Shown in pieces: positions 27,596 to 40,751 of a stretch of DNA of 64,000 nucleotides. The translations under genes were made by a program, and so were the position numbers. Under the pieces are notes generated by a model. That model saw only the letters and a program-made list of their open reading frames with translations, was not told the origin of the DNA and did no database searches. Numbering within the stretch: the stretch's first letter is position 1; each line of letters starts with the position of its first letter. The DNA is from Octopus vulgaris (taxonomy: Eukaryota), in assembly GCA_951406725.2 (NCBI GenBank), contig OX597817.1, forward strand, positions 17,050,001 to 17,114,000, read 5' to 3'.

Positions 27596-27890
27596 GTGGA
27601 GACACGTAGCCTAGTGGTTAGAGCAGCGGGCTAGTGATCGCGGGTTCAAATCTCAGACCGGGCGATATGTGTGTTTATGAGTGAAACACCTAAGCTCCAC
27701 GTGACTCCAGCAGAAGGTAATGGCAAACTTCTGCTGACTCTTTTGCCACAACTTTCTCTCGCTCTTTCCTCCTGCATCTTGCAGCTCACCTGCGACGGAC
27801 CGGCGTCCCATCCAGGTGGGGAACCTATACACCAAGGAAACCGGGAAACCGGCCCTTAATGAGCCAGGCATGGCTCGAGTAGGAACAAAG
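27596..27890 (+). mobile_element. tRNA-derived SINE family E, inserted into an older family A copy
   Basis: TAGCCTAGTGG A-box, GGTTCAAATCT B-box; TSD AAGACAACAAAA at 27584-27595 and 27891-27902. Confidence 0.8.
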
Positions 27891-28325
27891 AAGACAACAA
27901 AAACCTTGTGGGTGGTTTTGGTCAATAGATGCTGAAAGATCATTGTTGTATGTGTATATATGTTTGTATGAATGTATGTGTTTATATATCTTTGTTTTGA
28001 CATTATGTGATAGCTATAAATGAACATCACCATCAAACAAGCAATGTTGTTCACAACCAGTCTTCCATGAAAACACATGCAACCATGGAGGAAATATTAC
28101 CTTACTTGGAAACGAGTCAGAGTTGGTAATAGCAAAGGCGTCAAGCTGTAGAAATGAATTCTGTCTAACTATGCAAGAATGGAAAAGTGGATATTAAGAC
28201 AACAATGATAATGATGTGCTATTTGAATATAAGAAAAATTGTATATAACTGGCATGTGACCGAATGATATAATATTGATTATGAATAAAATAACCAATGC
28301 TGGTTATTTATAAATACTGCTTATG

Positions 28326-29538
28326 AATTCCTGTAGATGGCACATTTCATTGCATATCTATGTATGGCCCTTACTTTTATGTGCCCCATTTTATCTTAAA
28401 AAAACCCATATCTTACAGGAATATTTCCTGCAATAAATTGGCATCTTCTATCTGGTTAACATTATGAAATTGGAAACTATGCAGTCTTGGTCAACAGAAA
28501 TTATAACCTCCTCATTTGCAAATATGAGGCCTCATTCCAGTGTAAGGAACCATTATTACACAATTAGTTCTACTTCTACAGGTTCTAAGATTGCCCTCCC
28601 ACTACACCTATGGAGCTAGAGTTTCATCTCTTTAATTCCTGTAGATTTCATTGCATATCTATGTATGGCCCTTACTTTCATATGTCCCATTTTATCTAAA
28701 GAACCCATATCTTACAGGAATATTTCCTGCAATAAATTGGCATCTTCTATCTGGTTAACATTATGAAATTGGAAACTATGCAGTCTTGGTCAACAGAAAT
28801 TATAACCTCCTCATTTGCAAATATGAGGCCTCATTCCAGTGTAAGGAACCATTATTACACAATTAGTTCTACTTCTACAGGTTCTAAAATTGCCCTCCCA
28901 CTACACCTATGGAGCTAGAGTTTCATCTCTTTAATTCCTGTAGATTTCTATTGCATATCTATGTATGGCCCTTACTTTCATATGTCCCATTTTATCTTAA
29001 AAAAACCCATATCTTACAGGAATATTTCCTGCAATAAATTGGCATCTTCTATCTGGTTAACATTATGAAATTGGAAACTATGCAGTCTTGGTCAACAGAA
29101 ATTATAACCTCCTCATTTGCAAATATGAGGCCTCATTCCAGTGTAAGGAACCATTATTACACAATTAGTTCTACTTCTACAGGTTCTAAAATTGCCCTCC
29201 CACTACACCTATGGAGCTAGAGTTTCATCTCTTTAATTCCTGTAGATTTCATTGCATATCTATGTATGGCCCTTACTTTCATATGTCCCATTTTATCTAA
29301 AAAAAAACATATCTTTCAGGAATATTTCCTGCAATAGATTGGCATCTTCTATCTGGTTAACATTATGAAATTGGAAACTATGCAGTCTTGGTCAACAGAA
29401 ATTATAACCTCCTCATTTGCAAATATGAGGCCTCATTCCAGTGTAAGGAACCATTATTACACAATTAGTTCTACTTCTACAGGTTCTAAGATTGCCCTCC
29501 CACTACACCTATGGAGCTAGAATTTCATCTCTTTAATT
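28326..29538. repeat. ~300-bp unit tandem repeat, four near-identical copies
   Basis: Units start AATTCCTGTAGAT at ~28326, 28634, 28933 and 29235. Confidence 0.95.
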
Positions 29539-30527
29539 GCTCTGTGCAGTAATTCTGCTCTGATTTGTATACTTAGAGCCTTATTTTCTGCTAATAGCAG
29601 GCTCCTTTTCCTCATTTATAGCTTTCATTTAGCAACTGTTTATACCATCATATTTCTTTTACATTTGTCAATGAGCACAGCATGCACAATTTATTACATA
29701 ACATACTTTTCTCCCACAGACATTCTAGCTAGAAGCAGCTAAATGTTCCACTATTCTAAATACTTTATCTTCCCTTTTTAGCATTGCTAGACATCATACG
29801 TAGCCTCAGTGTAAAATGTTGTAGCATTAAAGTTATTTGTCATTTTATGGAACTACTCACTTAGCATTATTTGTATAGTCTTATGGTAACCACACAAAGC
29901 AGCTACTTGAGCAGAGCACTTAGAGTAATTTACATACTCAACATAGCAAAAAGATTATAAAAGCTTATTTTATCAACCTCACTGAGTAAGGAGTGAATTG
30001 CTAACCATATTTGAATGCTTACTACAACCAAATTGTTTCTGTAGGCAAGACCTATTACTCTCTCATTACTCATTTACACATTTACTTGTTTCAGTCATTT
30101 GACTGCGGCCATGCTGGAGCACCGCCTTTAATCGAGCAACTCAACCCCGGGACTTATTCTTTTTGTAAGCCCAGTACTTATTCTATCGGTCTCTTTTGCT
30201 GAAACTCTGTTTGCTTCAGTTTACCTAGTTAGCTTCAGATTATGCTTGTCCACAGCTGGGCAGTTGGTAGGAAGGGCATCCAGCTATAAAAAAAAAATAT
30301 TCCATTAGATTGGATTTGTTCAAATTGCAAAATTAGTTCTGTCCATGTTTATATAAAAAAAAGTATAAAATTAAATTAGACTGTTGCCTGAATTAAAATT
30401 CAAAATTAAGTTATTAAAACAATTGTAAAGCATATAAATGGCGGTGCCCCAGCATGGCCACAGCTTGTGAGCTGAAACTAGATAAAAATTCAAAAAATAA
30501 AAGGTGTAGCCATTTGCTGCTAAGTTA

Positions 30528-30595
30528 ACTCGTCATTTGACATCCATTTGACTCGTCATTTGACATCCATTTGACTCGTCGTTTGACATCCATTT
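30528..30595. repeat. 23-bp x3 tandem repeat
   Basis: ACTCGTCATTTGACATCCATTTG. Confidence 0.85.
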
Positions 30596-30637
30596 CAATG
30601 TATTCATTGAACAGACGTTGTGGAACAAAACTTGTGA

Positions 30638-31267
30638 AGAGTTGCTGTGATATCTACATGTGAGATGTCCAGGATATAATACTGCTCAGGAGTTGGTAGA
30701 CACTTAATGACCTGTAAAGATTATAAATGTTGCTAAGTAATGGTAAAACCAATCACGACAGATTCATTTTGTACTGAAATTTTTAACTCAAAATTGTATT
30801 GAGTTAATATTCCTTGTTTGAAGAAAGAACACTATCATCATCATCATCATCATCATTCAACATCCGCTTTCCATGCTAGCATGGGTTGGACAATTTTGAC
30901 TGAGGGCTGGCGAACCAGATGACTGTACCAGGGTCCAATCTTGATCTGGCAGAGTTGCTGTGATATCTACATGTGAGATGTCCAGGATATAATACTGCTC
31001 AGGAGTTGCTAGACACTTAATGACCTGTAAAGATTATAAATATTTGCTAAGTAATGGTAAAACCAATCACGACAGATTCATTTTGTACTGAAATTTTTAA
31101 CTCAAAATTGTATTGAGTTAATATTCCTTGTTTGAAGAAAGAACACTATCATCATCATCATCATCATTCAACATCCGCTTTCCATGCTAGCATGGGTTGG
31201 ACAATTTTGACTGAGGGCTGGCGAACCAGATGACTGTACCAGGGTCCAATCTTGATCTGGCAGAGTT
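30638..31267. repeat. ~313-bp tandem duplication including part of an RTE tail
   Basis: Units begin AGAGTTGCTGTGATATC at 30638 and 30951; AGAGTT microhomology. Confidence 0.9.
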
Positions 31268-32094
31268 TCTACAGCTGGATGCCCTTCCTAATGCCAACCA
31301 CTCCAAGAGTGTAGTGGGTGCTTTTTACGTGCCATATGTAGTAATAGATTTAAATATTTCAAGTAGTCCAACTACAGATTAAGTTCTGTAAAGATTGGTT
31401 GTAAAATACTTTTTATCATTATCATACTGATATGTTGTTAATCTTGGTAGTAACAGAACATTTTATGAAGCCTATCACAGTGCCTAAAGTTAATGAAATT
31501 CTTGCTAGCTTGATGGTCTCTGGTGCAGACCATCCATTTGTGTACGCAACTAGTAATTAACTGTGTGAGTTAGAGACTCCTATTATCACTGTCATAGTAT
31601 GTAGTGTTTCAGTTATTTTGTTGGTGTGTGATAAATTAAACAATTAAACAAGTAGTGATAGGAATGATGATTAACCAGCATTAATTGATGGGTTTACAGT
31701 TCAGTTCTTGGAGAGAGAAACTGTTTCCATAACATGTTTATCATTGGGTCAAAGGTTGAGCAACAATGGAGAATGTAGACACTGCCTTGGCTGATATATG
31801 GCTGCTGCAGCTATTGTGGAGCATTGAGCAGATCTTTCATTCACAGGTCAAATCACAAAGTGCTATTTTAGCAAATCCAGTTCTTCAAAAATATCCTGCT
31901 TCCCTGTTGATGATCACACTGAACTCTTACTGGGTGATAAAATGGGATTTGATTTAAGGAAGATTTGATTACTATTTCTAAAACGCCCATGTGGAAGCCT
32001 CCCTCATTGGTTCAGATGCTCTGTGGTATACTGTTTAGGTGCAGTTTGACTTTTATCTTCTGTAATATCCAGTCTGAGCATATTTTATTGCACA

Positions 32095-32499
32095 GGCGCA
32101 GGAGTGGCTGTGTGGTAAGTAGCTTGTCTACCAACCACATGCTTCCAGGTTCAGTCCCACTGCATGGCATCTTGGGCAAGTGTCTTCTGCTATAGCCCTG
32201 GGCCGACCAATGCCTTGTGAGTGGATTTGGTAGACGGAAACTGAAAGAAGCCTGTCGTATATATGTATATATATATGCGTGTATGTGTTTGTGTGTCTGT
32301 GTTTGTCCCCCTAGCATTGCTTGACAACCGATGCTGGTGTGTTTATGTCCCCGTTACTTAGCGGTTTGGCAAAAGAGACCGCTAGAATAAGTACTGGGCT
32401 TACAAAAGAATAAGTCCCGGGGTCGAATTGCTCGATTAAAGGCGGTGCTCCAGCATGGCCACCGTCAAATGACTGAAACAAGTAAAAGAGTAAAGAGTA
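32095..32499 (+). mobile_element. SINE family A, full length
   Basis: Complete copy. Confidence 0.9.
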
Positions 32500-32676
32500 A
32501 TGAGTATTCATTCTGTTCCAGTACAACTGTAGATTCTTACACTGGTCAAACCAGAGGTGGGTATAGTATATCCAGTTCCGATGCAACAGTTTCTTTTCTT
32601 CTGCATCTATCTCTAATTGTATGAATTCAAAGCTTAAGAGTGATGTGTAGATTCTCTCTCTCTCTCTCTCTCTCTC

Positions 32677-33138
32677 TCCGCATTGTTTCCCCAAAATTTA
32701 AAGGTCAAAATCCCTAGTGCGTACTATATACGAGGTTAAAAATGAAAATTATTTTCTAAGCAATGTCTGAGTCTCTATTTGCTGTCCAGCAATGTTTCTT
32801 CAGACGCATTACGTGATGTCGGGCGCGAAAATACCTTAAATCATCCATAGCTTGCAGTTAGCAACATTTATTAAACATTATTACTGTTATTTCTTTATTT
32901 TCTGCAAACAAAATGCACAAAAAAGCTACATGTTTGCATTATGTTATATATACAATAATAATAAAGGGCGTTACCGTATACATTTTTACAAACCAAGGAT
33001 GTTATATAGACCTCCTTGACTCAAGTTAGAGAAGGGGTGCGTATTATACACAAGGTTTAGGTTTTTCAGAAGTACAGCCCCCTAAAAATCCCCTGCGTAT
33101 TATACTCAAGGGCGGACTATACTCGAGGATTTACGGTA
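32677..33138. mobile_element. pogo/Tigger-like MITE, left end lost in (CT)n
   Basis: Right end GCGGACTATACTCGAGGATTTACGG|TA; subterminal TGCGTATTATAC repeats. Confidence 0.6.
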
Positions 33139-33618
33139 TTAGGTTTCTTGCCATCTCTACTATTCCATTGTACCTTTCTTTGAATTTCTGATATCAAATC
33201 AATTTCTGATCAATACACAGCATGCTAAGGAACAGGTGCAAGAAATTCAGAGGTAACATCAAGAATACATTTTGTGGGGAATAAGGAGTTGAAAGGAGTT
33301 GATAAGTGTTAATTCATCTCCTGGATTCTACTATACTTATCTCTTGTATCCTGAATGATTAAGGTGAAAACCCTAAGGAATTTTTACATCTGGTTCCTAT
33401 TACAAAATCAATTTGGGAAATGTTAAGGGTTAATTTAAAACCTTCAAAGGAAAACTTAGAATCTTAAAATTCAATGTTAACTTGACTGACGTGGACATAA
33501 TGTGTTTTCTTCTGCAATAACAACCAAAGGAAGGTTTTTGTTTGGTAATGTAAAATAACAGAAACTGACCAGCAACACTATGTTAATCTGTGTATCTATG
33601 GTAGGTGTGGCAACATTT

Positions 33619-33839
33619 CAGACACATCAAATCTGATTACCCAAGTTGTGTATAACAGCCAACCCAGGATGAATTTAATCATCCATTAGATATACTTGAT
33701 AAATTCCTATCTTTTAATAATCAGTGATAAATGTTGATAATTATATTGTTTGTGGTTGGCAGACAAATATGGTTATGCTGATAACAAGTGGATTATTTCT
33801 CTATAAAAGGTGAAAAAAAAACAAAAAACAAAATGTGTG
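33619..33839 (+). repeat. ~220-bp direct repeat, copy 1
   Basis: High identity to 36321-36539. Confidence 0.85.
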
Positions 33840-34035
33840 TTAAGTGCATGCTTCATTACAGATGGCACATTAAAGTTGTGAACTGGCAGAGTTGTTAGCA
33901 AGTGAGACAAGTACCAGTGAAATACTGGGGGTTGATGTAATTGACTAACCTCCTCCCAAAATTGTTGCTCTTGTGTCAAAATTTGAAATACTGAAGAATT
34001 GTGTTCATGAGAATTAAAGGCTAAATTATCAGTGT

Positions 34036-34409
34036 TCTCTTTTACTTGTTTCAGTCATTTGACTGTGGCCATGCTGGAGCACCGCCTTTAGTCTAGCAAA
34101 TCGACCCCCAGAACTTATTCTTTGTAAGCCTAGTACTTATTCTATCAGTCACGTTTGCCGAACTGCTAAGTTATGGGGGACGTAAACACACCAGCATCAG
34201 TTGTCAAGCAATGTTGGGGGGACAAACACAGACACATACATATATATACGACGGGCTTCTTTCAGTTTCCGTCTACCAAATCCACTCACAAGGCTTTGGT
34301 CGGCTCGAGGCTATAGTAGAAGACATTTGCCCAAGGTGCCATGCAGTGGGATTGAACCCAGAACCATGTGGTTCGTAAGCAAGCTACTTACCACACAGCC
34401 TCTCCTGCT
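34036..34409 (-). mobile_element. SINE family A
   Basis: Reverse-complement copy. Confidence 0.9.
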
Positions 34410-34645
34410 AATGCAGCAAATGTTTTGTCATTTTTAACCATAATTTCATAATTGGAGTAGGCTGTTCAAAGAGATTTCTGATTTTTAGTGTTCAGCCAAA
34501 ATAGTACTGAAAATGTTGTTCCTATTATTTAGCCCTAGTTCAGCCCTAACTGAGCAAGCCAATGATCAAATGCATTCCAGCCTTGACTGTTCCATCGTTT
34601 TCTAAGGAATATCTGCAAGTACATTAGCTATATATCCTCCTTTTT

Positions 34646-35066
34646 GGCGATCTTTCGTCTCTAGTAGACCTTTCCGTTGATTTCTGTAAAGAATTTTTTT
34701 TTTTACATATGGGCTTGCGGGAACTTTTGAAGTAATATACATACATATACACACACACCGAGTAAAAAATTTCAGTTATCTCTTTCTTTCACACATTACT
34801 CTGTCTCTTCACACACACTAACAGAAGCACTTCACTTACACAACATACTGTCTGTCTCCCACACCCCATCAAACACACACACACACATGTACATCAATGC
34901 TTCCCATGCACGGTAACTTCAAAAGAACTTCCCTCGTCATACAATCGCTTTCTCTTAGTCTCTTTCGCTCTCATTACTTCAAAAGTTCCCGCAAGCCCAT
35001 ATGTAAAAAAAAAAAATTTTTTTTAAGGAAATCGACGGAAAGGTCTACTAGAGACAAAAGATTGCC
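34646..35066. mobile_element. MITE with ~90-bp TIRs and 8-bp TSD (Merlin-like)
   Basis: TIR GGCGATCTTTCGTCTCTAGTAGACCTTTCCG.. / ..CGGAAAGGTCTACTAGAGACAAAAGATTGCC; TSD TCCTTTTT at 34638-34645 and 35067-35074. Confidence 0.85.
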
Positions 35067-35478
35067 TCCTTTTTTTAGAATGTTATGATGTAATCTGAGG
35101 AGAATTTGGCTGCTAATTTTGGCAGACCGAGTGATTATGTAAAGGCTTGAATAAATGTTATTTAAACGTGGGAATTTCACGAATCTGTTTTCAAAAGAAA
35201 CAAAAAAACCTTAAAGGGATGTGAGGAATATTAATGATTGAATACACTTTCTTAACTTATCTGGAAATAACCTTAGAAATAATCAATATTGCTGCTAACT
35301 AAATTGATTTATTTCTCCTCCAGCATTTGACATTTTTGTCACTAGTTCATATTGACATTACACTTGAATATTTCCCCCCAAACCTTATGGTAATAGCACT
35401 GGCCATGTGTATTCTTTTGATCTTTCCCTTATGATTTTTCACATTGCTATTGTGCAAATACTGAAAAAGAATAAACAT

Positions 35479-35650
35479 AGGTGCAGGAGTGGCTGTGTGG
35501 TAAGTAGCTTGCTTACCAACCACATGGTTCCGGGTTCAGTCCCACTGCGTGGCATCTTGGGCAAGTGTCTTCTGCTATAGCCTCGGGCCGACCAAAGCCT
35601 TGTGAGTGGATTTGGTAGACGGAAACTGAAAGAAGCCCATCGTATATATG

Positions 35651-35691
<41 letters not shown>

Positions 35692-35913
35692 GTGCGTGTG
35701 TGTTTATGTGTCTGTGTTTGTCCCCCTAGCATTGCTTGACAACCGATGCTGGTGTGTTTATGTCCCCACCACTTAGCGGTTCAGCAAAAGAGACCGATAG
35801 AATAAGTACTGGGCTTCCAAAGAATAAGTCCTGGGGTCGAGTTGCTCGATTAAAGGTGGTGCTCCAGCATGGCCGCAGTCAAATGACTGAAACAGGTAAA
35901 AGAGTAAAAGAGT
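35479..35913 (+). mobile_element. SINE family A, full length
   Basis: Complete copy. Confidence 0.9.
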
Positions 35914-36320
35914 ATATTTTCTCTAACATATACCATAAATGTATTTTGAACACAAATACTAAATGTGTGTGAATTAACATTTAAAGGCATTGTTTTGCAT
36001 ATATTTGACACAAATTTCAACATGGCCAGTTAATTGTGTCACTATAACAGTTGTATTACATTTATTTATATACTGTGCTTATTTAGATATAACTCAAATT
36101 ATAAATAGCAAGATATCTGGTTGACTGGATACTATACCGACTATTAATATCCCTACTTTCAAATACATATGCTTACTGCGCATTTGATTCATTATTGATT
36201 GATTGAAAGGTTTGATTATTCAGAATCTCTTTACGTAAACAATACAAATTTATTTCCATGTACTAACTGCTATGAAAACTTTTCCTCTGACTATAAATAA
36301 CTCACATTGATTACTCAAAT

Positions 36321-36539
36321 CAGATACATCAAATCTGAGTACCCAGGTTGTGTATAACAGCCAACCCAGGATGAATTTAATCATCCATTAGATATACTTG
36401 ATAGATTCCAACCTTTTAATAATCAGTGATAAATGTTGATGATTAGGTTGTTTGTGGTTGGTAGACAAATATAGTTATGCTGATAACAAGTGGATTATTT
36501 CTCTATAAAAGGTGAAAAAGAAACAAAACAAAATGTGTG
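36321..36539 (+). repeat. ~220-bp direct repeat, copy 2
   Basis: High identity to 33619-33839. Confidence 0.85.
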
Positions 36540-36866
36540 CTGTGCTGGTGGCACATAAAAAGCACCATCCGAACGTGGCTGATGCCAGCGCCGCCTTGGC
36601 TGGCTTCCATGCCGGTGGCACGTTAAAAGCACCAACCGATCATGGCCGATGCCAGACCCTCCTGGCACCTGTGCAGGTGGCACGTAAAAAGCACTCACTA
36701 CACTCATGGAGTGGTTGGCATTAGGAAGGGCATCCAGCTGTAGAAACACTGCCAGATCAGACTGGAGCCTGGTGCAGCCCCTGGTTTCCCAGACCCTGGT
36801 CGAACCGTTCAACCCGTGCTGGCACGGAAAACGGACGTTAAACGATGATGATGATGATGATGATGA
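36540..36866 (+). mobile_element. RTE-LINE 3' tail (family B)
   Basis: Three repeat units and (GAT)n. Confidence 0.85.
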
Positions 36867-36947
36867 TTAGCACTAGGGATGAGTAACAGTTGATTGCATA
36901 AGTCCAGACATGTGACTGTTGCATATTTTATCAAATGTAGAGGAATA

Positions 36948-37325
36948 TTTTCTACTCTAGGCACAAAGCCCGAAATTTGGGTGGGAGGGGGGGCTAGTCG
37001 ATTAGATTGACCCCAGTATGTAATTGATACTTAATTTATCGACCCCAAAAGAATGAAAGGCAAAGTCCACCTCAGCAGAATTTGAATTCAGAGCATAAAG
37101 ACAGATGAAATACTTATTTCTTTATTGCCCACAAGGGGCGAAACATAGAGGGGACAAACAAGGACAGACAAAGGGATTAAGTCGATTACATCGACCCCAG
37201 TGCATAACTGGTACTTAATTTATCGACCCCGAAAGGATGAAAGGCAAAGTTGACCTCGGTGGAATTTGAACTCAGAATGTAACGGCAGATGAAATACTGC
37301 TAAGCATTTTGCCTGGTGTGCTAAC
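36948..37325 (-). mobile_element. SINE family C, two adjacent or nested copies
   Basis: ATTTATCGACCCC..GATGAAAGGCAAAGT domain occurs twice. Confidence 0.8.
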
Positions 37326-37811
37326 AGATTGTAAAGGAACAAAATATTAAAAGGTGTTTAGTCCACTTTAATATTATCCTTGTTTCTCTAACATATCTTT
37401 TTACTTGTTTGGCATTTGACAGCAGCCATGCTGGAGCACCAAATTGACCTCAAGACCTATTATTTACTATCAGTCTCTTTTGCCAAACATTCTGGGGATG
37501 TAAACACACCAACACCAGTTGTCAAGTGGTGGTGGGGGACACACAAACACACTATGTATGTATGTACAATGGGCTTCTTTCAGTTTCTGTCTGCCAAATC
37601 CATTCGCAAAGCTTTGGTCAGTCCGAGGTTATAGTAGATGACACTTGCCCAAAGTGTCACACAGTGGAACTGAACCCAGAATCATGCCATTGGGAAGCAA
37701 GCTTCTTACCACACAGCCATACCTACAAATTTGACTTATTGAAATTAAATTAGATAATTTTATATCCTATATTTCTCTTTGTTCAATTATATATTTTCTG
37801 TAATGCATTAA

Positions 37812-38019
37812 CCCTTTAGTGTTCCGATTATTCTATCAAACGTAATGCTTATTGATTCCCATTGATTTGAATTAATCATGCAATATCTCATATCTTCAAG
37901 ATCTTGATGGTGTAATTACTTTCATTGTAGGGTAGGTGTGAGAGTCTGGATCTGGTCAGTTTGAACATAAAACAGATTAAATATTTTGGCCAGATATGGC
38001 TGGTTTAAATACTAAAGGG
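37812..38019. mobile_element. piggyBac-type MITE family P2
   Basis: TTAA|CCCTTTAGT ... ACTAAAGGG|TTAA. Confidence 0.8.
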
Positions 38020-38526
38020 TTAAACACTTTCTTAAGGCAGAATATTCAGTGGAAGGGAAGATATGTGGAGAAGAATCTAAGTTGTGTGAATATGGAAGAG
38101 CAGTTAAACTGAATTTCAGTAAGTTCTCCCACTGTAAAAAAAAAAACATTTAATGAGTGAATTATAACCAGAGTTATCCCAGTTTACATCATAAAGAATT
38201 TAAAGATATTTTCCCTTCTCAGAGAAAATGCCCAGTCTATTGCTTGTCCTCCATTCCATATACTTCAATGGAAAAATTGAACACAATGGAATTTTTAAAA
38301 TACTTTCATGAAAGTTGCTTATTTATGGCTAGGTTGTGAGCTATGTAAAACTAGGGACTGAACTCCTCCTCATAGTATATATTCAAACTATGAAATGGTG
38401 CTTATTTTGAGCTAGGTTCATTAATCCCAGACATATGACTCTGACCAACATGTTTATGGTCTGACACTCCCTGTCATGAAAATATCTATCTTTTACTCCG
38501 GGTATTTAGGATAAAGCTTGCTGATA

Positions 38527-38895
38527 TCATCATCATCATCATGATCATCATTTAGCGTCCGCTTTCCCTGCTAGCATGGGTTGGACGGTTCAACTGGGGT
38601 CTGGGAAGCCAGAAGGCTGCACCAGGCCCAGTCTGATCTGGCAGTGTTTCTACAGCTGGATGCCCTTCCTAACGCCAACCACTCCGTGAGTGTAGTGGGT
38701 GCTTTTTACGTGCCACCCGCACAGGTGCCAGATGGAGCTGGCAAATGGCTACGGACGGATGGTGCTTTTTACGTGCCACCAGCACGGGGGCCAGGCGAGG
38801 CTGGCAATGGCCACAATCGGATGGTGCTTTTTACGTGCCACCAGCACGGAGGCCAGTCGGGGCGGCACTGGCAACGGCCACGATCGGATGGTTTG
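38527..38895 (-). mobile_element. RTE-LINE 3' tail (family B)
   Basis: (CAT)n and three repeat units. Confidence 0.85.
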
Positions 38896-39156
38896 CTTAC
38901 ATCCTTCATATTTTTCTAAATCATTAAAATGTGAATTTTGAGGAGATTCAGATGTTATTTCTAACAGCAAATACTAAAAGGTTCTTTTTGCAGCTTGTGA
39001 AAATAGTTCTTTCTTTGGTGTAATATGCTATGTCTTTAAAGAATTTAATTAGCTTATATTTATGCAAACAATTTTAGAGAAAAATTTCCCAAGTTCTCTG
39101 ACAGGAATTGAACTCGGTATCACTTATGTGCTAAGTTCTTTCTTTTTCTCTGTTAA

Positions 39157-39376
39157 CCTTTTCGTTACTGTATTTATTTTGAGATGCTCTGTGTTTCTTT
39201 CAATTGCTTTAAATATAACTAAGAATTTAGTAAAATAACTTAGTTATCATTAAGCTAGTGTTAGGAACATAAGTTTTGACTAAGGTTTGGTAGAATATTT
39301 TAATTCAAAACTTATCGAAGTAAGACATTTGTACTCAGAGCCAGAGCCGGATTCAGCCAGGTTGGTAACGAAAGGG
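39157..39376. mobile_element. piggyBac-type MITE family P1
   Basis: TTAA|CCTTTTCGTTAC ... GTAACGAAAGGG|TTAA; inverted second copy at 47982-48202. Confidence 0.85.
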
Positions 39377-40483
39377 TTAAATAATACTACAAATATTTAT
39401 CCACCGTACTAAGCCCTTGTTTTACCTACTACTGTCTAACAGCTCATCTTGATTTGAAGTGTAGATGAGAACTAAATCTAGAGAGACTATAAGTAAATTT
39501 TTTTTTTTTAATATAAACGATATTAAACATCCATATATAAACAAATCAAGAGGAATTGACTTGTGGACAGGAATTGAACTACATATCTCTGGCTTACCAA
39601 ATAAACATGTTGAGCATTAATTAGACTTAAATAGGAAAAAAAAATTTTTCTTCTTTTTTTTTTCTGTTAATGTTCTTTTCCATTTCTGAAAGAAAATATC
39701 TTTGTAATGTGATATTCGTGAATGAAATTTCACTGATGGTTGAGAGATTGTTTGTGCCTTAAGAAGTTATAGTTGCCATATGTTAACTTGATCTGCTTTA
39801 GTATATCTTACCCTAGCATCACTACTATGAAGAGACTGAAACCAGTTAAAAAAAAATTTTGAGAAAGAATACCCAAGCTATCAATTCTTTAAGGATGGTA
39901 TTATATTTCTTTAACTGTATGTTATTTATTCAATTGTTTGGGAACTATAATTGCTTATTATAATTATCATCCTCTTTGGTTTAAAGTAAACAACCTATAT
40001 GTCATGCTTGTTGATGAGTCAAACATTAATTTTGATTATCCTTTGTGTAAAACATCAACAGGATTCTCTATAACAAGATATACTTACTGCTGTGGCTTTG
40101 TGATAACTTCTGTGTAGACAATGAAGACTGAGAATGTTCTCAGAAGATTTGGTGCCTGTTCCTGATAATGTACTAAACCAAAACATTTAGTGTTAAGAGC
40201 CCTACCCAGGCATTCAACAAAATTACTGCAGTAGTTTCTCATATTGCTCACTAATTATCTGGGAGGAAAAGCAAAAAAAGTAAAATTAGAGACCAGTGTA
40301 GTTTCAGATTTTTATGTTTTGTTCTATATGACACAGTTTCACATTTAAAACAACATTCTCCAAAACTAGTAGATAACTTTGGTAAGTTGGTCTTAGCATA
40401 TTTAAAGCATGGCTTATAAAAACTAACCAGAAATGAACATTCGGCAAGGGAAAAAGAACAATACTAGTCAAAATTAGTCAAAA

Positions 40484-40642
40484 GATGCAGATATGGCTGT
40501 GTGGTGAGGAGTTAGCTTCTCAACCACATGGTTCCAGTTTCAGTTCCACTGCATAGCACCTTGGGCAAGTGTCTTCTGCCTTAGGTCAACCAAAGCCTTG
40601 TGAGTAGATTTGGTAAACAGAAACTGAAAGAAGCCTGTCGTA

Positions 40643-40645
<3 letters not shown>
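40484..40645 (+). mobile_element. SINE family A 5' half (3' half at 45640-45870)
   Basis: Head ends GAAAGAAGCCTGTCG(TA)n; body resumes 5 kb downstream. Confidence 0.75.
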
Positions 40646-40702
<57 letters not shown>

Positions 40703-40751
40703 TGTGTACAGTGCTCAGGTGCACTACAACTCATCTAAAGTGTATATATAA

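Noticed and set aside
28326-29538. CRISPR-like array
   Set aside because: Whole units are repeated with no unique spacers; eukaryotic context
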